Positions 19,917-29,386 of a DNA stretch of 64,000 nucleotides are shown piece after piece. The stretch is taken from positions 1,548 through 65,547 of IMG/VR virus record IMGVR_UViG_3300004481_000331. One strand, written 5' to 3'. A program made the position numbers and the translations under genes. Within the stretch, counting starts at the first letter, position 1. Each line of letters opens with the position of its first letter. The DNA is from a virus (taxonomy: Duplodnaviria > Caudoviricetes). The notes under the pieces were generated by a model. That model did no database searches. It saw only the letters and a list, made by a program, of their open reading frames with translations, and had not been told where the DNA came from.

Positions 19917-19939
19917 GGGCATCCTCCTGTTATTAAATC

Positions 19940-19965
19940 GAGCCGCCCTGATCACAGGGCGGCTC
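19940..19965. terminator. Stem-loop in the leader of the head operon
   Basis: GAGCCGCCCTG-ATCA-CAGGGCGGCTC, perfect 11-bp stem. Confidence 0.55.
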
Positions 19966-20011
19966 TTTGCTCATCGGCTAACGGCCTCATAAAATAATTT
20001 AGGTTAGTAAT

Positions 20012-20040
20012 ATCATAGCATATGCAGTTATGAAAGTCAA
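20012..20040 (-). promoter_or_regulatory. Sigma70-type promoter for the head/tail operon
   Basis: TTGACT (20040-20035), N17, TGn-TATGAT (20017-20012). Confidence 0.65.
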
Positions 20041-20050
20041 GTAATTTGGG

Positions 20051-20111
20051 GCTTGACACAACCAATATATTCTGATATTATTATGACATCACGAGCGCAC
20101 AGGAGACAGAA
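20051..20111 (+). promoter_or_regulatory. Conserved early promoter-RBS element, copy 1
   Basis: TTGACA 20053, TGn-TATTAT 20076, SD CAGGAGA. Confidence 0.85.
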
Positions 20112-20396
20112 ATGAACCTAATCAAATCCATCAAAAAGGCAATTGTAGATTTCAAGGCAGGCGAAGCAGAACTTAAACTTCAGCAGGCGAAGGTCGAGAA
20201 AGTCACCTTTCAGGATATGTGCTACATTGAACTAAACAACCTTTTCCTTGACGTTGAACGCGGCAAAGTAAAAATGAGCGTTCACGTTGGAAACACACTT
20301 CGCACATTGGTTGGGATGGCTTACGATCAGAATGATTCAATGATCGATTGGTGGATGGCAGAATTCATGAAGTTACCGAATTGGTTGGATTATTAA
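20112..20396 (+). CDS. Hypothetical early protein
   Basis: First gene after copy 1. Confidence 0.75.
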   Translation: MNLIKSIKKAIVDFKAGEAELKLQQAKVEKVTFQDMCYIELNNLFLDVERGKVKMSVHVGNTLRTLVGMAYDQNDSMIDWWMAEFMKLPNWLDY

Positions 20397-20409
20397 AAAG
20401 GAGACGATC

Positions 20410-20658
20410 ATGAAACCGCAATGCAACGCCAAGAAAATACGTGCAGGATTATGGAAATATCGGAAGCATCTAATTGAGTTGCGCAACGAGAGCGCAGAAG
20501 TTTATCCTGGCGATCTGGATTATGGCACATGGTCGGTCACCGCAGACGACATCAGCGCACTAATATTAAATAACGCAGACAGATGGTTAACAACTTATCC
20601 TACGCTCAATGAAGCAAAGATCGCTGTTGACATTAACTTAGCAGCAAAGCCGCAATAA
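20410..20658 (+). CDS. Hypothetical early protein
   Basis: SD AGGAG. Confidence 0.7.
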   Translation: MKPQCNAKKIRAGLWKYRKHLIELRNESAEVYPGDLDYGTWSVTADDISALILNNADRWLTTYPTLNEAKIAVDINLAAKPQ

Positions 20659-20668
20659 ATAAAAGGAG

Positions 20669-20914
20669 ATGATCATGATCAAGCCTATGTCAACTTATCA
20701 GAAAGACAGATTGGGGCAACTTGTCAGAAATCAAGAAGAACGCAGCCAGAATGTAATAATTTCAATCATGCAATTAACCAGCACTATGTTCCAGATTTGG
20801 TATAAAAATCGCACTTCACAGATTGTGGTTATTGATCAAAGCGGCAAATTATCGCTGCCGAAGTCAAAGTGTGTGTATGATAGCAACTTCAGAGTCAATC
20901 AAATTCTAAACTGA
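20669..20914 (+). CDS. Hypothetical early protein
   Basis: SD AGGAG. Confidence 0.65.
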   Translation: MIMIKPMSTYQKDRLGQLVRNQEERSQNVIISIMQLTSTMFQIWYKNRTSQIVVIDQSGKLSLPKSKCVYDSNFRVNQILN

Positions 20915-20928
20915 ATAAGGAGAAAATC

Positions 20929-21297
20929 ATGAGCAACAATAAGCATAATATTACAATCAAGCACTACGACTACGATCAAGGCAAGCAAATTGTAGATTGT
21001 GAGAATGTGTCACCTCGTGATCTGGCGCAGTCTTTGACAATTGAGCAGTTTGCCCAAGTCATGATTAGCGTACTGAACGGCAGTCGCGTTGCATCCAAGA
21101 TTGGTGAAACAGTCGGCAAAGAATTAGTTGATGCACACCGCACGCTGCAAGGGTGTGCTTATAACATGATGCTGGCTGCGCTGATCGAGATGGCAAGCAA
21201 ATGGTCAGATGCACGCAATGAAAAAGCAGTCGCCGCCTGCAACCTGATCAAAGAAATGGTTGAGCATGGTGATATCAAGTGGCAACCATTCATCTAA
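20929..21297 (+). CDS. Hypothetical early protein
   Basis: SD AGGAG. Confidence 0.7.
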   Translation: MSNNKHNITIKHYDYDQGKQIVDCENVSPRDLAQSLTIEQFAQVMISVLNGSRVASKIGETVGKELVDAHRTLQGCAYNMMLAALIEMASKWSDARNEKAVAACNLIKEMVEHGDIKWQPFI

Positions 21298-21310
21298 CAT
21301 GATCATGATC

Positions 21311-21348
21311 AACAAAAAAGCCGCCTGTGCGAAGGCGGCTTTTTTGTT
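21311..21348. terminator. Bidirectional rho-independent terminator
   Basis: Perfect 16-bp inverted repeat AACAAAAAAGCCGCCT / AGGCGGCTTTTTTGTT between convergent genes. Confidence 0.85.
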
Positions 21349-21589
21349 AGGTGCATGCAGAACGTATTCTATCAACTATACATTCCAAAGGTACTTCAAT
21401 GAAGCGTGTTCCGCGGTAATTGCTGCGCATGCGATCATTATCCGCAAACTGCACAAATATGCCATCTGAGCGTACTACAACTTTGAAAACTGGAAAGCCA
21501 TCTATACGCACAAGACCGCTGGCAGGGTCGATACTGACACACTCGCCAACTCGATCAAGCACTGGTTTACCGTCTTTACTAATATGCAT
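21347..21589 (-). CDS. Hypothetical protein
   Basis: 80 aa, last gene of the packaging operon. Confidence 0.55.
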   Translation of the reverse strand: MHISKDGKPVLDRVGECVSIDPASGLVRIDGFPVFKVVVRSDGIFVQFADNDRMRSNYRGTRFIEVPLECIVDRIRSACT

Positions 21590-22220
21590 ATTCCTCGCCA
21601 GTCTTGCTGTTTCGGTAATTCAAAATGCACTGGCATGCAGTCAAGCAGATTGTGTGACCGCTCCCTGGCTTAGCCCCTTTGTATGGGTCATCCGCAACCA
21701 TCACCCATCCCATTTTAGTATATTTGATGCAATCTTCACAGCTTTCTTTTGCCGTTGTAATCCAGTACACTTCATCAAAACCAGCCTTAGCCGCTGATCG
21801 TGCTCGAGCTTCTTCCCTGGCTTCCCTTGCAGAATTAATATACATCCTGGCACGTGCAGCAATTTGTTTCTCAGTCAATTCTTCAGTTTCAATAGCACTC
21901 CTGAAGCCTTTTAGATAACCATACTGCTCTCGCAGCATTGCACCAATTTTGCCCCAATCGGATGGTGTCATCATATTTCTGCCACCAATAAAGGATAAGT
22001 ACTGCCTGATGTACTCATCTTTTATTTCTTGTTGCATGGCTGAATACCAGTCAACTGAACTGATCGTGCCAGAAAATACGTGTGAAGACAGAACGTCAAC
22101 TGCATTGCTTGAAATCTCGAGTGACTTATTGACAAAATTTAATACTACGTCTCTGGATACAAAGCGACCACGCTCATCCCTGAACCTGCCTACAAACTCG
22201 TCCCAATAGTACGTAGTCAT
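21579..22220 (-). CDS. Minor head / head morphogenesis protein (SPP1 gp7/Mu F-like)
   Basis: 'WITTAKESCEDC...CLTACQC' motif; located after the portal gene. Confidence 0.7.
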   Translation of the reverse strand: MTTYYWDEFVGRFRDERGRFVSRDVVLNFVNKSLEISSNAVDVLSSHVFSGTISSVDWYSAMQQEIKDEYIRQYLSFIGGRNMMTPSDWGKIGAMLREQYGYLKGFRSAIETEELTEKQIAARARMYINSAREAREEARARSAAKAGFDEVYWITTAKESCEDCIKYTKMGWVMVADDPYKGAKPGSGHTICLTACQCILNYRNSKTGEEYAY

Positions 22221-22255
22221 GCCAGCCTCCTGGCTATAAGCCAGTCACGGATTTC

Positions 22256-22600
22256 TTATGCATTGACAATCCGGAATTTTATCTTTGGATATCGATAGCC
22301 AAACATTCTCGCCTTTAAATTAAATACAGCCGTTCTAAACCCTTTGACATCTTCAACTACCAAAGAACCGTTTTCCATATAACTGAAGTCGGCAGTATAA
22401 GTGATCGCTTGTATCTTTTTGCCTTCTTCATTCCGGTAAGCTGACTGAAGCACATAAGTCGGATGGGTTTCCAGTTCACTGATCACACCTGCGCTCTGCA
22501 GCATGAGCAATTCTGTATATCTCCTGCCTTCAGCCCGACTATCAAATAAGATATTGCCGATCAATACTTTTTGAGCGTTATATTTACCTTTATTTCTCAT
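22256..22600 (-). CDS. DUF1064-family PD-(D/E)xK nuclease-like protein
   Basis: 'FDSRAEGRRY..L...YTADF.Y...VVEDVKG' motif; start refined to 22600. Confidence 0.7.
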   Translation of the reverse strand: MRNKGKYNAQKVLIGNILFDSRAEGRRYTELLMLQSAGVISELETHPTYVLQSAYRNEEGKKIQAITYTADFSYMENGSLVVEDVKGFRTAVFNLKARMFGYRYPKIKFRIVNA

Positions 22601-24275
22601 CCTGCGCACCTTCCCACTTCTGCGCATTGAGAAGCGAAGCATAATCATCACTGACACGTTTCCTGGCATTACTGATCGCCCGGTCTACGTCTTGTTCAGT
22701 AATGGTTACACCACCTTTATCGTAAAGCACATCTTCAGTTGCAACGCGCACCGCCCGGTACACTCGTCTGATCAAAAGATCACCAGCCCTTGGATATAAG
22801 ATTTGCATGCGTGCAATGGGGCACTTATAGTGATAGCGTACAATTGGCTCATCCGGGAAGGCATCGATCACCCTCCAGATATGCGGCTTAGAAAGTAACC
22901 TGTCCCTGGTCATGGCTTCTTGTGCAGCGGTTGGCGTTTCTGGCTCAGCCGTAGCAATTGGGATGATTGGCGTAGTAGGTTGTTCTAGTTCACTGTCGTC
23001 TTCATCAGTCGCTTCCGATTCTTCTGCTTGCACCGTCCATTCTCGTGGAATGATGTCATGCTCTGCGAGCATCGCTCGGAATTCTGATCGAGATATGCCG
23101 CCTTCAAGATCGATATTTAGCCCCGCTTCACGCGCCGAGCGGTACACGTCAACCCAAGCCTTTGAAGAAGAAGCTGCTAGAAGTTCGCCTTCATCGTCTC
23201 GCTCATCAAACTCATACTGCAAAGTTGACGGAAGAATATCCGGGCGCTGTATCTGCTCTTGGAATGTAAGCGCAAAATTCATGCCACCTTTGCTGGTTGC
23301 TTTTTCATGCTGCGTCTGCACTTCTGTGCCACGCCCCAAACTGCCAAACTGAACGGGATAGAATTCGCTTGGGTCATAGCCGAAGCACAAAGCATAACCA
23401 TACATCAGCAGCGAGGTAAATTCTTGCAAATTGAAATCTTTGGGCAGTTGAGATAATGCGATCAATTTAGCATCAATTTGTTCCATGCCTGCGGATGCCA
23501 GTACACTCACCGGCGCAAAGTATTGATAGCCTTCGCCCTCAAGTTTCACTTTGCGTGACTGCATTGCCGTTTCCCACTGATCTTCCGTGATGCCCTGCAG
23601 CAGCAACAAACCTCGTGGGGCTTGCGCGCCAAGTTGCTCTTTGTCATGCATATATACTGCGATCATGATCTGTGCCAAAGTCATGCAGCGCATGAGAGCG
23701 CAGTAACCTAATCCACGCAGGCGTTCTTGAATACTTGGCATTGAAGTCATGCGCATATACTCAGGCGTTTTCCAAGCCATCCGTTTACCACCGCCCATAG
23801 GATAGTAGTATAAAGGTGTCTTGGGTAACCCACTCAATTGGCAACGAGTAGGGTCAGCATGATAAAAACCACGAACTGGACCTTCTGCGCCATCTCGCCC
23901 TAACTCGATGATCGAACCAATATTAGTTGTATAGTATGAGATTGAAGCAGCGGTCATGCCCGGACGCCAGCCAACAAAACCGGGGGCTTGTTCCCAATTG
24001 TGCAATATCTTCGACCAGCGTGAAACTTGATTCCTGCCGCCAGTGATCGACCAGCCACGATTGGAATCAATAGAAGAAACGCTGTTGATCACACCCGCAA
24101 GGTGAGGTTCAAGACCCCAAAATTCGCTTAGCCACGTATCCAGTACACGTGAGTTTGGCTCATACTTTGGGACTTGCTCACTTGCAAGGTTCACCCATTT
24201 AAGTACATCAAGATAGAATTCGCCGCTATCGACTGGCGTGGTTGCAAATCGCGGTTGCTTAGATTTTCCTGCCAT
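22590..24275 (-). CDS. Portal protein (561 aa)
   Basis: Directly downstream of TerL; size and position fit. Confidence 0.75.
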   Translation of the reverse strand: MAGKSKQPRFATTPVDSGEFYLDVLKWVNLASEQVPKYEPNSRVLDTWLSEFWGLEPHLAGVINSVSSIDSNRGWSITGGRNQVSRWSKILHNWEQAPGFVGWRPGMTAASISYYTTNIGSIIELGRDGAEGPVRGFYHADPTRCQLSGLPKTPLYYYPMGGGKRMAWKTPEYMRMTSMPSIQERLRGLGYCALMRCMTLAQIMIAVYMHDKEQLGAQAPRGLLLLQGITEDQWETAMQSRKVKLEGEGYQYFAPVSVLASAGMEQIDAKLIALSQLPKDFNLQEFTSLLMYGYALCFGYDPSEFYPVQFGSLGRGTEVQTQHEKATSKGGMNFALTFQEQIQRPDILPSTLQYEFDERDDEGELLAASSSKAWVDVYRSAREAGLNIDLEGGISRSEFRAMLAEHDIIPREWTVQAEESEATDEDDSELEQPTTPIIPIATAEPETPTAAQEAMTRDRLLSKPHIWRVIDAFPDEPIVRYHYKCPIARMQILYPRAGDLLIRRVYRAVRVATEDVLYDKGGVTITEQDVDRAISNARKRVSDDYASLLNAQKWEGAQDEK

Positions 24276-24290
24276 ATTACACCTCCTAGA

Positions 24291-25844
24291 TTATGCTCCC
24301 ATTCCTTGCACCCAACCCCGTTTCTGCGTGAGCCACCACCATCCCCAGTAAGCCACGTCAGCAAGGTCAAGCGGTTCATTTGGAAACCTTTTCAATGCAC
24401 GTTCTAGGATGTCATGCGTTCCAAGTACATGCACTATTTTACCATGCTCGTAATCCACAAGCATGCGCTGCGTCCTGGCTACTTTACTGCCATGCCCTTC
24501 ACCCGCTTTAGCCTGTTTGAATGAAGGTAATCTCGTTTCCCGGGTGATGCCTGGATAGTCAGGATTATTGATCAGTTGCCTGCACACGTCCCGATAAGCC
24601 GGAAGCCACACATCACCGCCTTGATCAGTTTCAACGCCCACAGTTTCAAAGCCATACTCAAGTGCTTTGGTAATTGCGATCATCAAAGCCTTCTCAGGAG
24701 ACATAATTTGTTCCATTGAAAAGAAGCGGTAAAGTTTCTTATCACGTGAAATACCATCAGCCTGGATACCTTGACTGCATGAACCATCCGTAGAAGTTAC
24801 AGCCGGGTCAACCCAAACCGAGCCTGCTACAATATCTGGCACTTCTTCACGTGTGCAGCGAGCAAACTCAATATGATCATATATCCCGCCCAACACTTCA
24901 GCGACCTCATGCTGCGCTTCACACAAAAAAGCACTGATGCCCCAAGTATTTATTTGTTCTTGGCAAACAGGCAACCCTTGACCTTCCCAGGTGGCTTGAC
25001 CGTCAATGATTTTATATTGTCCATCGATCAACTGGTAAGTCAGGCGCGTGACTGCAGGATGAGGCCCAGACAAGATACAGTCAGTCAAAAACTTGCGCTC
25101 TTTGCTGGCTAAGTTTGTTGCAATACTATTTCTGTGGATTAGGTTCTGCACAAATAGCACAGCCAAGTCGCTCGAGCCAGCCGGAAGGATTGATTCAGTG
25201 ATCGTCTCAATTTTCTTTTTGACCAGTTTCGGGCTGTCATGCTTATTATCTACATCATCGAAGATGATCATATCCGGGCGCTGTTCTTCGCTCTTTGCGC
25301 CTCGAGTAGCCACATCCAAACCGATGGCATCAATAGTCAAGCCTGATCGAGTTCTCAATCGCTGGCGACGCCAACCACGACTATGCCCATACTTGCCTAC
25401 CCTGCGTTCTGATAGAGCTGGATGATGCGCTTCCATCGCCCTTGATTCAAGCATCGATGCAATAGTTTCCACGTGCTTGTCTGCTTGATCTTGTACTGAA
25501 CAGCAGTACCAAATATACTTCCGGCTGCGTAGCGCACCGACTCTCACGCATGCAAGTTCTGCACTGGTTGACTTTGCACCTGATCGAGGCCAAATAGCAA
25601 TAAAAGGCAATGGACGGACACCTTTGCTGATCGAATCTACCCATGACCAGAAATCAATGTGCCTTTGTGCAAAGGGCGCACTAACATAGGCTGGAAATAT
25701 CAAAGCTAGCCATTCTTGCCATGGCAACACTGCATCAAAATCCAGCAGTTCTTCATCCGGCAAAAATAGGTCACTAACCTGCTCGATTAGTGAGTCGGAT
25801 AAAGGTTTCTTGTATCCGGGAAAGAGTCCTATTGTCGGGAACAT
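24291..25844 (-). CDS. terL: Terminase large subunit
   Basis: Walker A-like PRSGAKST, Walker B IIFDD, RNase H-like WVDPA...VETDQGG...DLAD; exact start uncertain. Confidence 0.85.
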   Translation of the reverse strand: MFPTIGLFPGYKKPLSDSLIEQVSDLFLPDEELLDFDAVLPWQEWLALIFPAYVSAPFAQRHIDFWSWVDSISKGVRPLPFIAIWPRSGAKSTSAELACVRVGALRSRKYIWYCCSVQDQADKHVETIASMLESRAMEAHHPALSERRVGKYGHSRGWRRQRLRTRSGLTIDAIGLDVATRGAKSEEQRPDMIIFDDVDNKHDSPKLVKKKIETITESILPAGSSDLAVLFVQNLIHRNSIATNLASKERKFLTDCILSGPHPAVTRLTYQLIDGQYKIIDGQATWEGQGLPVCQEQINTWGISAFLCEAQHEVAEVLGGIYDHIEFARCTREEVPDIVAGSVWVDPAVTSTDGSCSQGIQADGISRDKKLYRFFSMEQIMSPEKALMIAITKALEYGFETVGVETDQGGDVWLPAYRDVCRQLINNPDYPGITRETRLPSFKQAKAGEGHGSKVARTQRMLVDYEHGKIVHVLGTHDILERALKRFPNEPLDLADVAYWGWWWLTQKRGWVQGMGA

Positions 25845-26493
25845 TTTCTTTTACCGCCAATGCAAGTGCCTGATAGATATTAACTGCTTCTTCGGTTGAG
25901 ATCATTTGCTGCATATCTACGAGCCGTCTGCGCTCAGTTTCAACCAGTTTCCTGCGCTGTTCAATGATTAACTGAACCTCATTCCAACCTGCATAATCCG
26001 AGACGCCTCGCCTGATCAGTTCATCCAATGAAGTAAAAGCATCATTGACTTTATCATTGTCTTTAGTAATGAAGCCAGTTCTTAGTTCATTGTATGCATC
26101 CCTGACTTTGCGCCAAGTTGAACCACTTTCACCATGATCAACTCGAGTCAGCAAGTCAGATAAACGAGTATCAAGTAAAGCAATCTCTGATCTTAGTTCT
26201 AATAATTCGCCATCACTCGCCGCTTCTCTATATCGATCAAGTAAACGAGAAGGCATATATTTTGAATGCCTTCCATCTTTCCATTTTGGTGATGCAATAC
26301 CGCGCGGCGAGTTACCACCATGCCATTTACACACGTTCTGACCGGGGCGAACCATTTGGGCGCATTGCCGTCCAGCTTGCCTTGACCATGCCTGACAGCG
26401 CGCCTTGCCAGTTCTCTTAGCACCCCATTCCTCTGTGAAGGTCGGTACAGGGTGAAAATCGTCTGGTTTAGGATAGGTCGTATAAGAAGGCAT
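25774..26493 (-). CDS. terS: Terminase small subunit (HGGxSTG-like Zn motif)
   Basis: C..W....GRQC......C..HGG.SP.G motif plus coiled coil; upstream of terL. Confidence 0.7.
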   Translation of the reverse strand: MPSYTTYPKPDDFHPVPTFTEEWGAKRTGKARCQAWSRQAGRQCAQMVRPGQNVCKWHGGNSPRGIASPKWKDGRHSKYMPSRLLDRYREAASDGELLELRSEIALLDTRLSDLLTRVDHGESGSTWRKVRDAYNELRTGFITKDNDKVNDAFTSLDELIRRGVSDYAGWNEVQLIIEQRRKLVETERRRLVDMQQMISTEEAVNIYQALALAVKENVPDNRTLSRIQETFIRLTNRAG

Positions 26494-26525
26494 GCCATCG
26501 CCATCGCCATGGGGTTATTAAATGA

Positions 26526-27182
26526 TCATGGAGTACTGGGTAAAAGTTTCTTGTTGTCTTTGACCAAATAGATCAGCGGCATCGAGACAACAGTGATAAT
26601 TGCTTTCCAAATGATCTGACCGCCTACGATTCCCATAGCTGCACTAAACGGTGTCACCTGCGCGCCGAACAGTGGAGGCAAGACAACAAAAGCCAGCGTA
26701 CCGAAGATGAAACTATCCAGCGGCAAAGATACAGCGTTGCTGATCAGCACCCTTGCCCACTGAGGTGACTTGGGAATTTTAGTCATCCATAAGTGATAGA
26801 CTTCAGTATCAACAAGTTCACTGATCAATTCCGCAATGATTGAACCAATGGTAATGGCAGGCACAATTGCAAAGATGGTTTTCCATGCATCGCCAAGCGT
26901 GAAGAATGCAGGCGTAGGTAGTAATGACATCGCCCACAAGTAAAATGCTTGGAAGATATTGAACAGCCCTGCTATGATGATCGCTGCTCGAGCCCATTCT
27001 TTACCGAGTCGCTTATGCAGCAAATCACGCAAAGTGAACGTGAGCGCAAAGACAAGGCTTCCTGCCGGCAGCGTAGTATTGAATAGTTGAATCATCTTAG
27101 TCGCCCCTACATCAGCGATAGCTTGACAGACAACATAAGCCCCAACCAGAAATACAATTGTGAAGATAGTTGACTTTTTCAT
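26526..27182 (-). CDS. yhhQ: Queuosine-precursor (preQ0/preQ1) transporter, YhhQ/Vut_1 family
   Basis: Multi-TM; motifs 'F.LTF.LRDL..', 'SELVDT.VY', 'SNAVSLPLDSFIF'. Confidence 0.85.
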   Translation of the reverse strand: MKKSTIFTIVFLVGAYVVCQAIADVGATKMIQLFNTTLPAGSLVFALTFTLRDLLHKRLGKEWARAAIIIAGLFNIFQAFYLWAMSLLPTPAFFTLGDAWKTIFAIVPAITIGSIIAELISELVDTEVYHLWMTKIPKSPQWARVLISNAVSLPLDSFIFGTLAFVVLPPLFGAQVTPFSAAMGIVGGQIIWKAIITVVSMPLIYLVKDNKKLLPSTP

Positions 27183-27511
27183 TTTATTCTACTCCCATAA
27201 TATTCGATAGTTGCGGTTACATCAGCATGCACCATTGTCTGAGCGCAAACTGACACAACCAAGCTGGATGGATTGACAAGTACCAAGAGAAGTTTTTCAA
27301 AGATAAAGCGGCATAATGACTCTACCGTGTACTCATGCATGGCTTCATCCTTGAGAAACTTCTCGAAAGCTTCAAACTCGAGCAACCAATCACCGGGCAT
27401 AAATTTAATTTTGATCATACCGTGAAATGGTGCTTTTCCTATTGAACAGATAACAGAAAATTTTGGGGTGTACTCGATCAAGTGAACTTTTGAATCATTG
27501 GGAATTTTCAT
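27179..27511 (-). CDS. QueF-like T-fold protein (divergent)
   Basis: Single T-fold of 110 aa; Cys (CSIGKAP), LLEFEAFEKFL and TVES equivalents; context. Confidence 0.6.
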   Translation of the reverse strand: MKIPNDSKVHLIEYTPKFSVICSIGKAPFHGMIKIKFMPGDWLLEFEAFEKFLKDEAMHEYTVESLCRFIFEKLLLVLVNPSSLVVSVCAQTMVHADVTATIEYYGSRIK

Positions 27512-28623
27512 AAACTTAACTCCTTGTAGATATTGTACTCGCCAGCATAACCTTCTGCAGTTATCTTGGCTTGCATGCGGCGACCATAATCAGCCAGACG
27601 CGCAAGATCATAGTGCGTCTTTGGTTCTTTAATTACTTCATCAATCAACCGCAATGCATCAGTGACTTGGAAAGCTTTATACAAGCGATCAACTGGTAAT
27701 ACTTCCAAAAAAGAACGGAAAGCTGGATAAACAAGATCACAGCCTGCGGTTATTGATTCCAAGAGGACATAAGAAACAAAATCTTGTAGAGCAGAACTAA
27801 AATTAATTTTAGAACATGCCAAGTTTTTATAATAATCATCTTTGGGAATACCACTCAGCATAATAAAACGAGAATGACTTTTAGCAAATTTTTCTAATGC
27901 ATCGATCATACCAGGAACATTGCTTCTAAAATTTGCTCCTGAAGTACTGATAATCCACCACCAAGTAGGATGCAATTCCAAAAACTTAGCCGCAACTTCA
28001 AGCATAAATTCTGGCTGCTTTTCCTGATCAAGGCGGCTGGCATAATATATTACATCCTCTTTTTCTTTTTGTGGCTGCGTCCTGCGCCAGACATCATTTG
28101 AATCATAAGGTAAACAAGTTACATGAATTGGGCACTTGTAACCTGCGACTACCAGTAATTCTTTTAGGAAAGATGAAGAAACAAATATACCAGTATGCTG
28201 ATCAGCATAGCCGAGTTCTAATAATCTCATCCAGGAGCGCATTGGATAAGTGAAGTCATAAATATCCACAGATTGAGCATGCAGCATTGAATAAGTGCGC
28301 AATGATAGCCCCATTAGTTTGGCTGCATAAAATATGGCTTCCATCCCGGGCGTATAGAAATCTTGAAAGAATAATACATCACCATCTTTTATTTTGCCTG
28401 CTCGCATCAATTTTAGAAACTGAGACACTTGTGATAAAGAATATATACCACGTGCAGTTGCATCAAGGACACAGCCGAACTGAATTTCTTGATCAACCTG
28501 CTCACCTGTTATCATTGTATAGTCAATATTTTCTGCCTCAAAAGTATCAGGCATCCACCGGAAACATAAGTCATAAGTGTAGCGACTTTTCACTGGCTCA
28601 ATCGGAAAATAATATACGATCAT
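27508..28623 (-). CDS. GT-B (GT4-like) glycosyltransferase
   Basis: 'YYASRLDQEKQP' and 'SSALQDFVSYVLLESITAGC' GT4-type motifs; start refined by ATGA overlap. Confidence 0.75.
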   Translation of the reverse strand: MIVYYFPIEPVKSRYTYDLCFRWMPDTFEAENIDYTMITGEQVDQEIQFGCVLDATARGIYSLSQVSQFLKLMRAGKIKDGDVLFFQDFYTPGMEAIFYAAKLMGLSLRTYSMLHAQSVDIYDFTYPMRSWMRLLELGYADQHTGIFVSSSFLKELLVVAGYKCPIHVTCLPYDSNDVWRRTQPQKEKEDVIYYASRLDQEKQPEFMLEVAAKFLELHPTWWWIISTSGANFRSNVPGMIDALEKFAKSHSRFIMLSGIPKDDYYKNLACSKINFSSALQDFVSYVLLESITAGCDLVYPAFRSFLEVLPVDRLYKAFQVTDALRLIDEVIKEPKTHYDLARLADYGRRMQAKITAEGYAGEYNIYKELSL

Positions 28624-29048
28624 TTTATACCACCGCAAGTGTCGCCGCTGTAATCCGCAGGAACAGCTTTTAGCCCTTGATTAATATTCCAAGTGATTGT
28701 ATTGAACTCACCAATAATGACTCTGACTGTATCTATTTCTTTCAGCCGTTTTATTGTACTTGTGCGAAAAGTCAAAACTATATGACATCTGGCTAAAAGA
28801 TCAACTGGTAATTGCTCAAGCATATCAGGATAGACAGAAATTGTGACTTCTATTCCTGGCTTGTGATACCACCTATAAATTTCATTGAAGCCATAGCGCA
28901 GCAAGAATTCTTCATTGAAGTAAATATGCTTAAAGTCAAGATTTTCATTGATCGGATAGTCATAGACAAATAATGTCTTTTTCCCATACATACGAGTATT
29001 TTCTACTTCAATGCCTAATGCTGCTGACCAGCCAGTTCTATCATTCAT
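28620..29048 (-). CDS. Hypothetical protein of the modification cluster
   Basis: 'GIEVENT.MYGKKTLFV' motif; translationally coupled on both sides. Confidence 0.65.
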   Translation of the reverse strand: MNDRTGWSAALGIEVENTRMYGKKTLFVYDYPINENLDFKHIYFNEEFLLRYGFNEIYRWYHKPGIEVTISVYPDMLEQLPVDLLARCHIVLTFRTSTIKRLKEIDTVRVIIGEFNTITWNINQGLKAVPADYSGDTCGGIK

Positions 29049-29386
29049 CTGGATACCCTCGCTCCAAACTCGTTATCTTCCCAAACTTCACATGAAATTA
29101 AATCAAATTCTGTTAGCAATTTAATTGCAATTGATTCACAAGATAATCCACCAAAATAGATACAGCCGATCTCATCAATACTGAAAGTGTCTTCAAACCA
29201 CTTTTTAATCTTGTGTGCATAGGAAATAAATTCAATGTCTCGGTCTGCATGCGCAACTGACTTTTCTGCAATAATAAAAAACTTATGCCGGTGTAAGTTA
29301 CTTAAAAAATCTACTTGACTAGTCGCTTCTTTCCAGAAATGATTACCGCTGACTTCAAGTTTTATTAGGATAGAAATTTGCATCAT
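29045..29386 (-). CDS. QueD-paralogous T-fold protein (LxxxHRHxF type, DpdL-like)
   Basis: 'H.W..A...VDFLSNLHRHKF...HADRDIEFI...SCE.IA...V.ED.E.GA'. Confidence 0.65.
   Translation of the reverse strand: MMQISILIKLEVSGNHFWKEATSQVDFLSNLHRHKFFIIAEKSVAHADRDIEFISYAHKIKKWFEDTFSIDEIGCIYFGGLSCESIAIKLLTEFDLISCEVWEDNEFGARVSR

Noticed and set aside
26491-26510. GCCATC x3 microrepeat and the 103-aa ORF 26199-26510 (MAMAMA...)
   Set aside because: Too short to be meaningful; the ORF overlaps terS out of frame with no motif.
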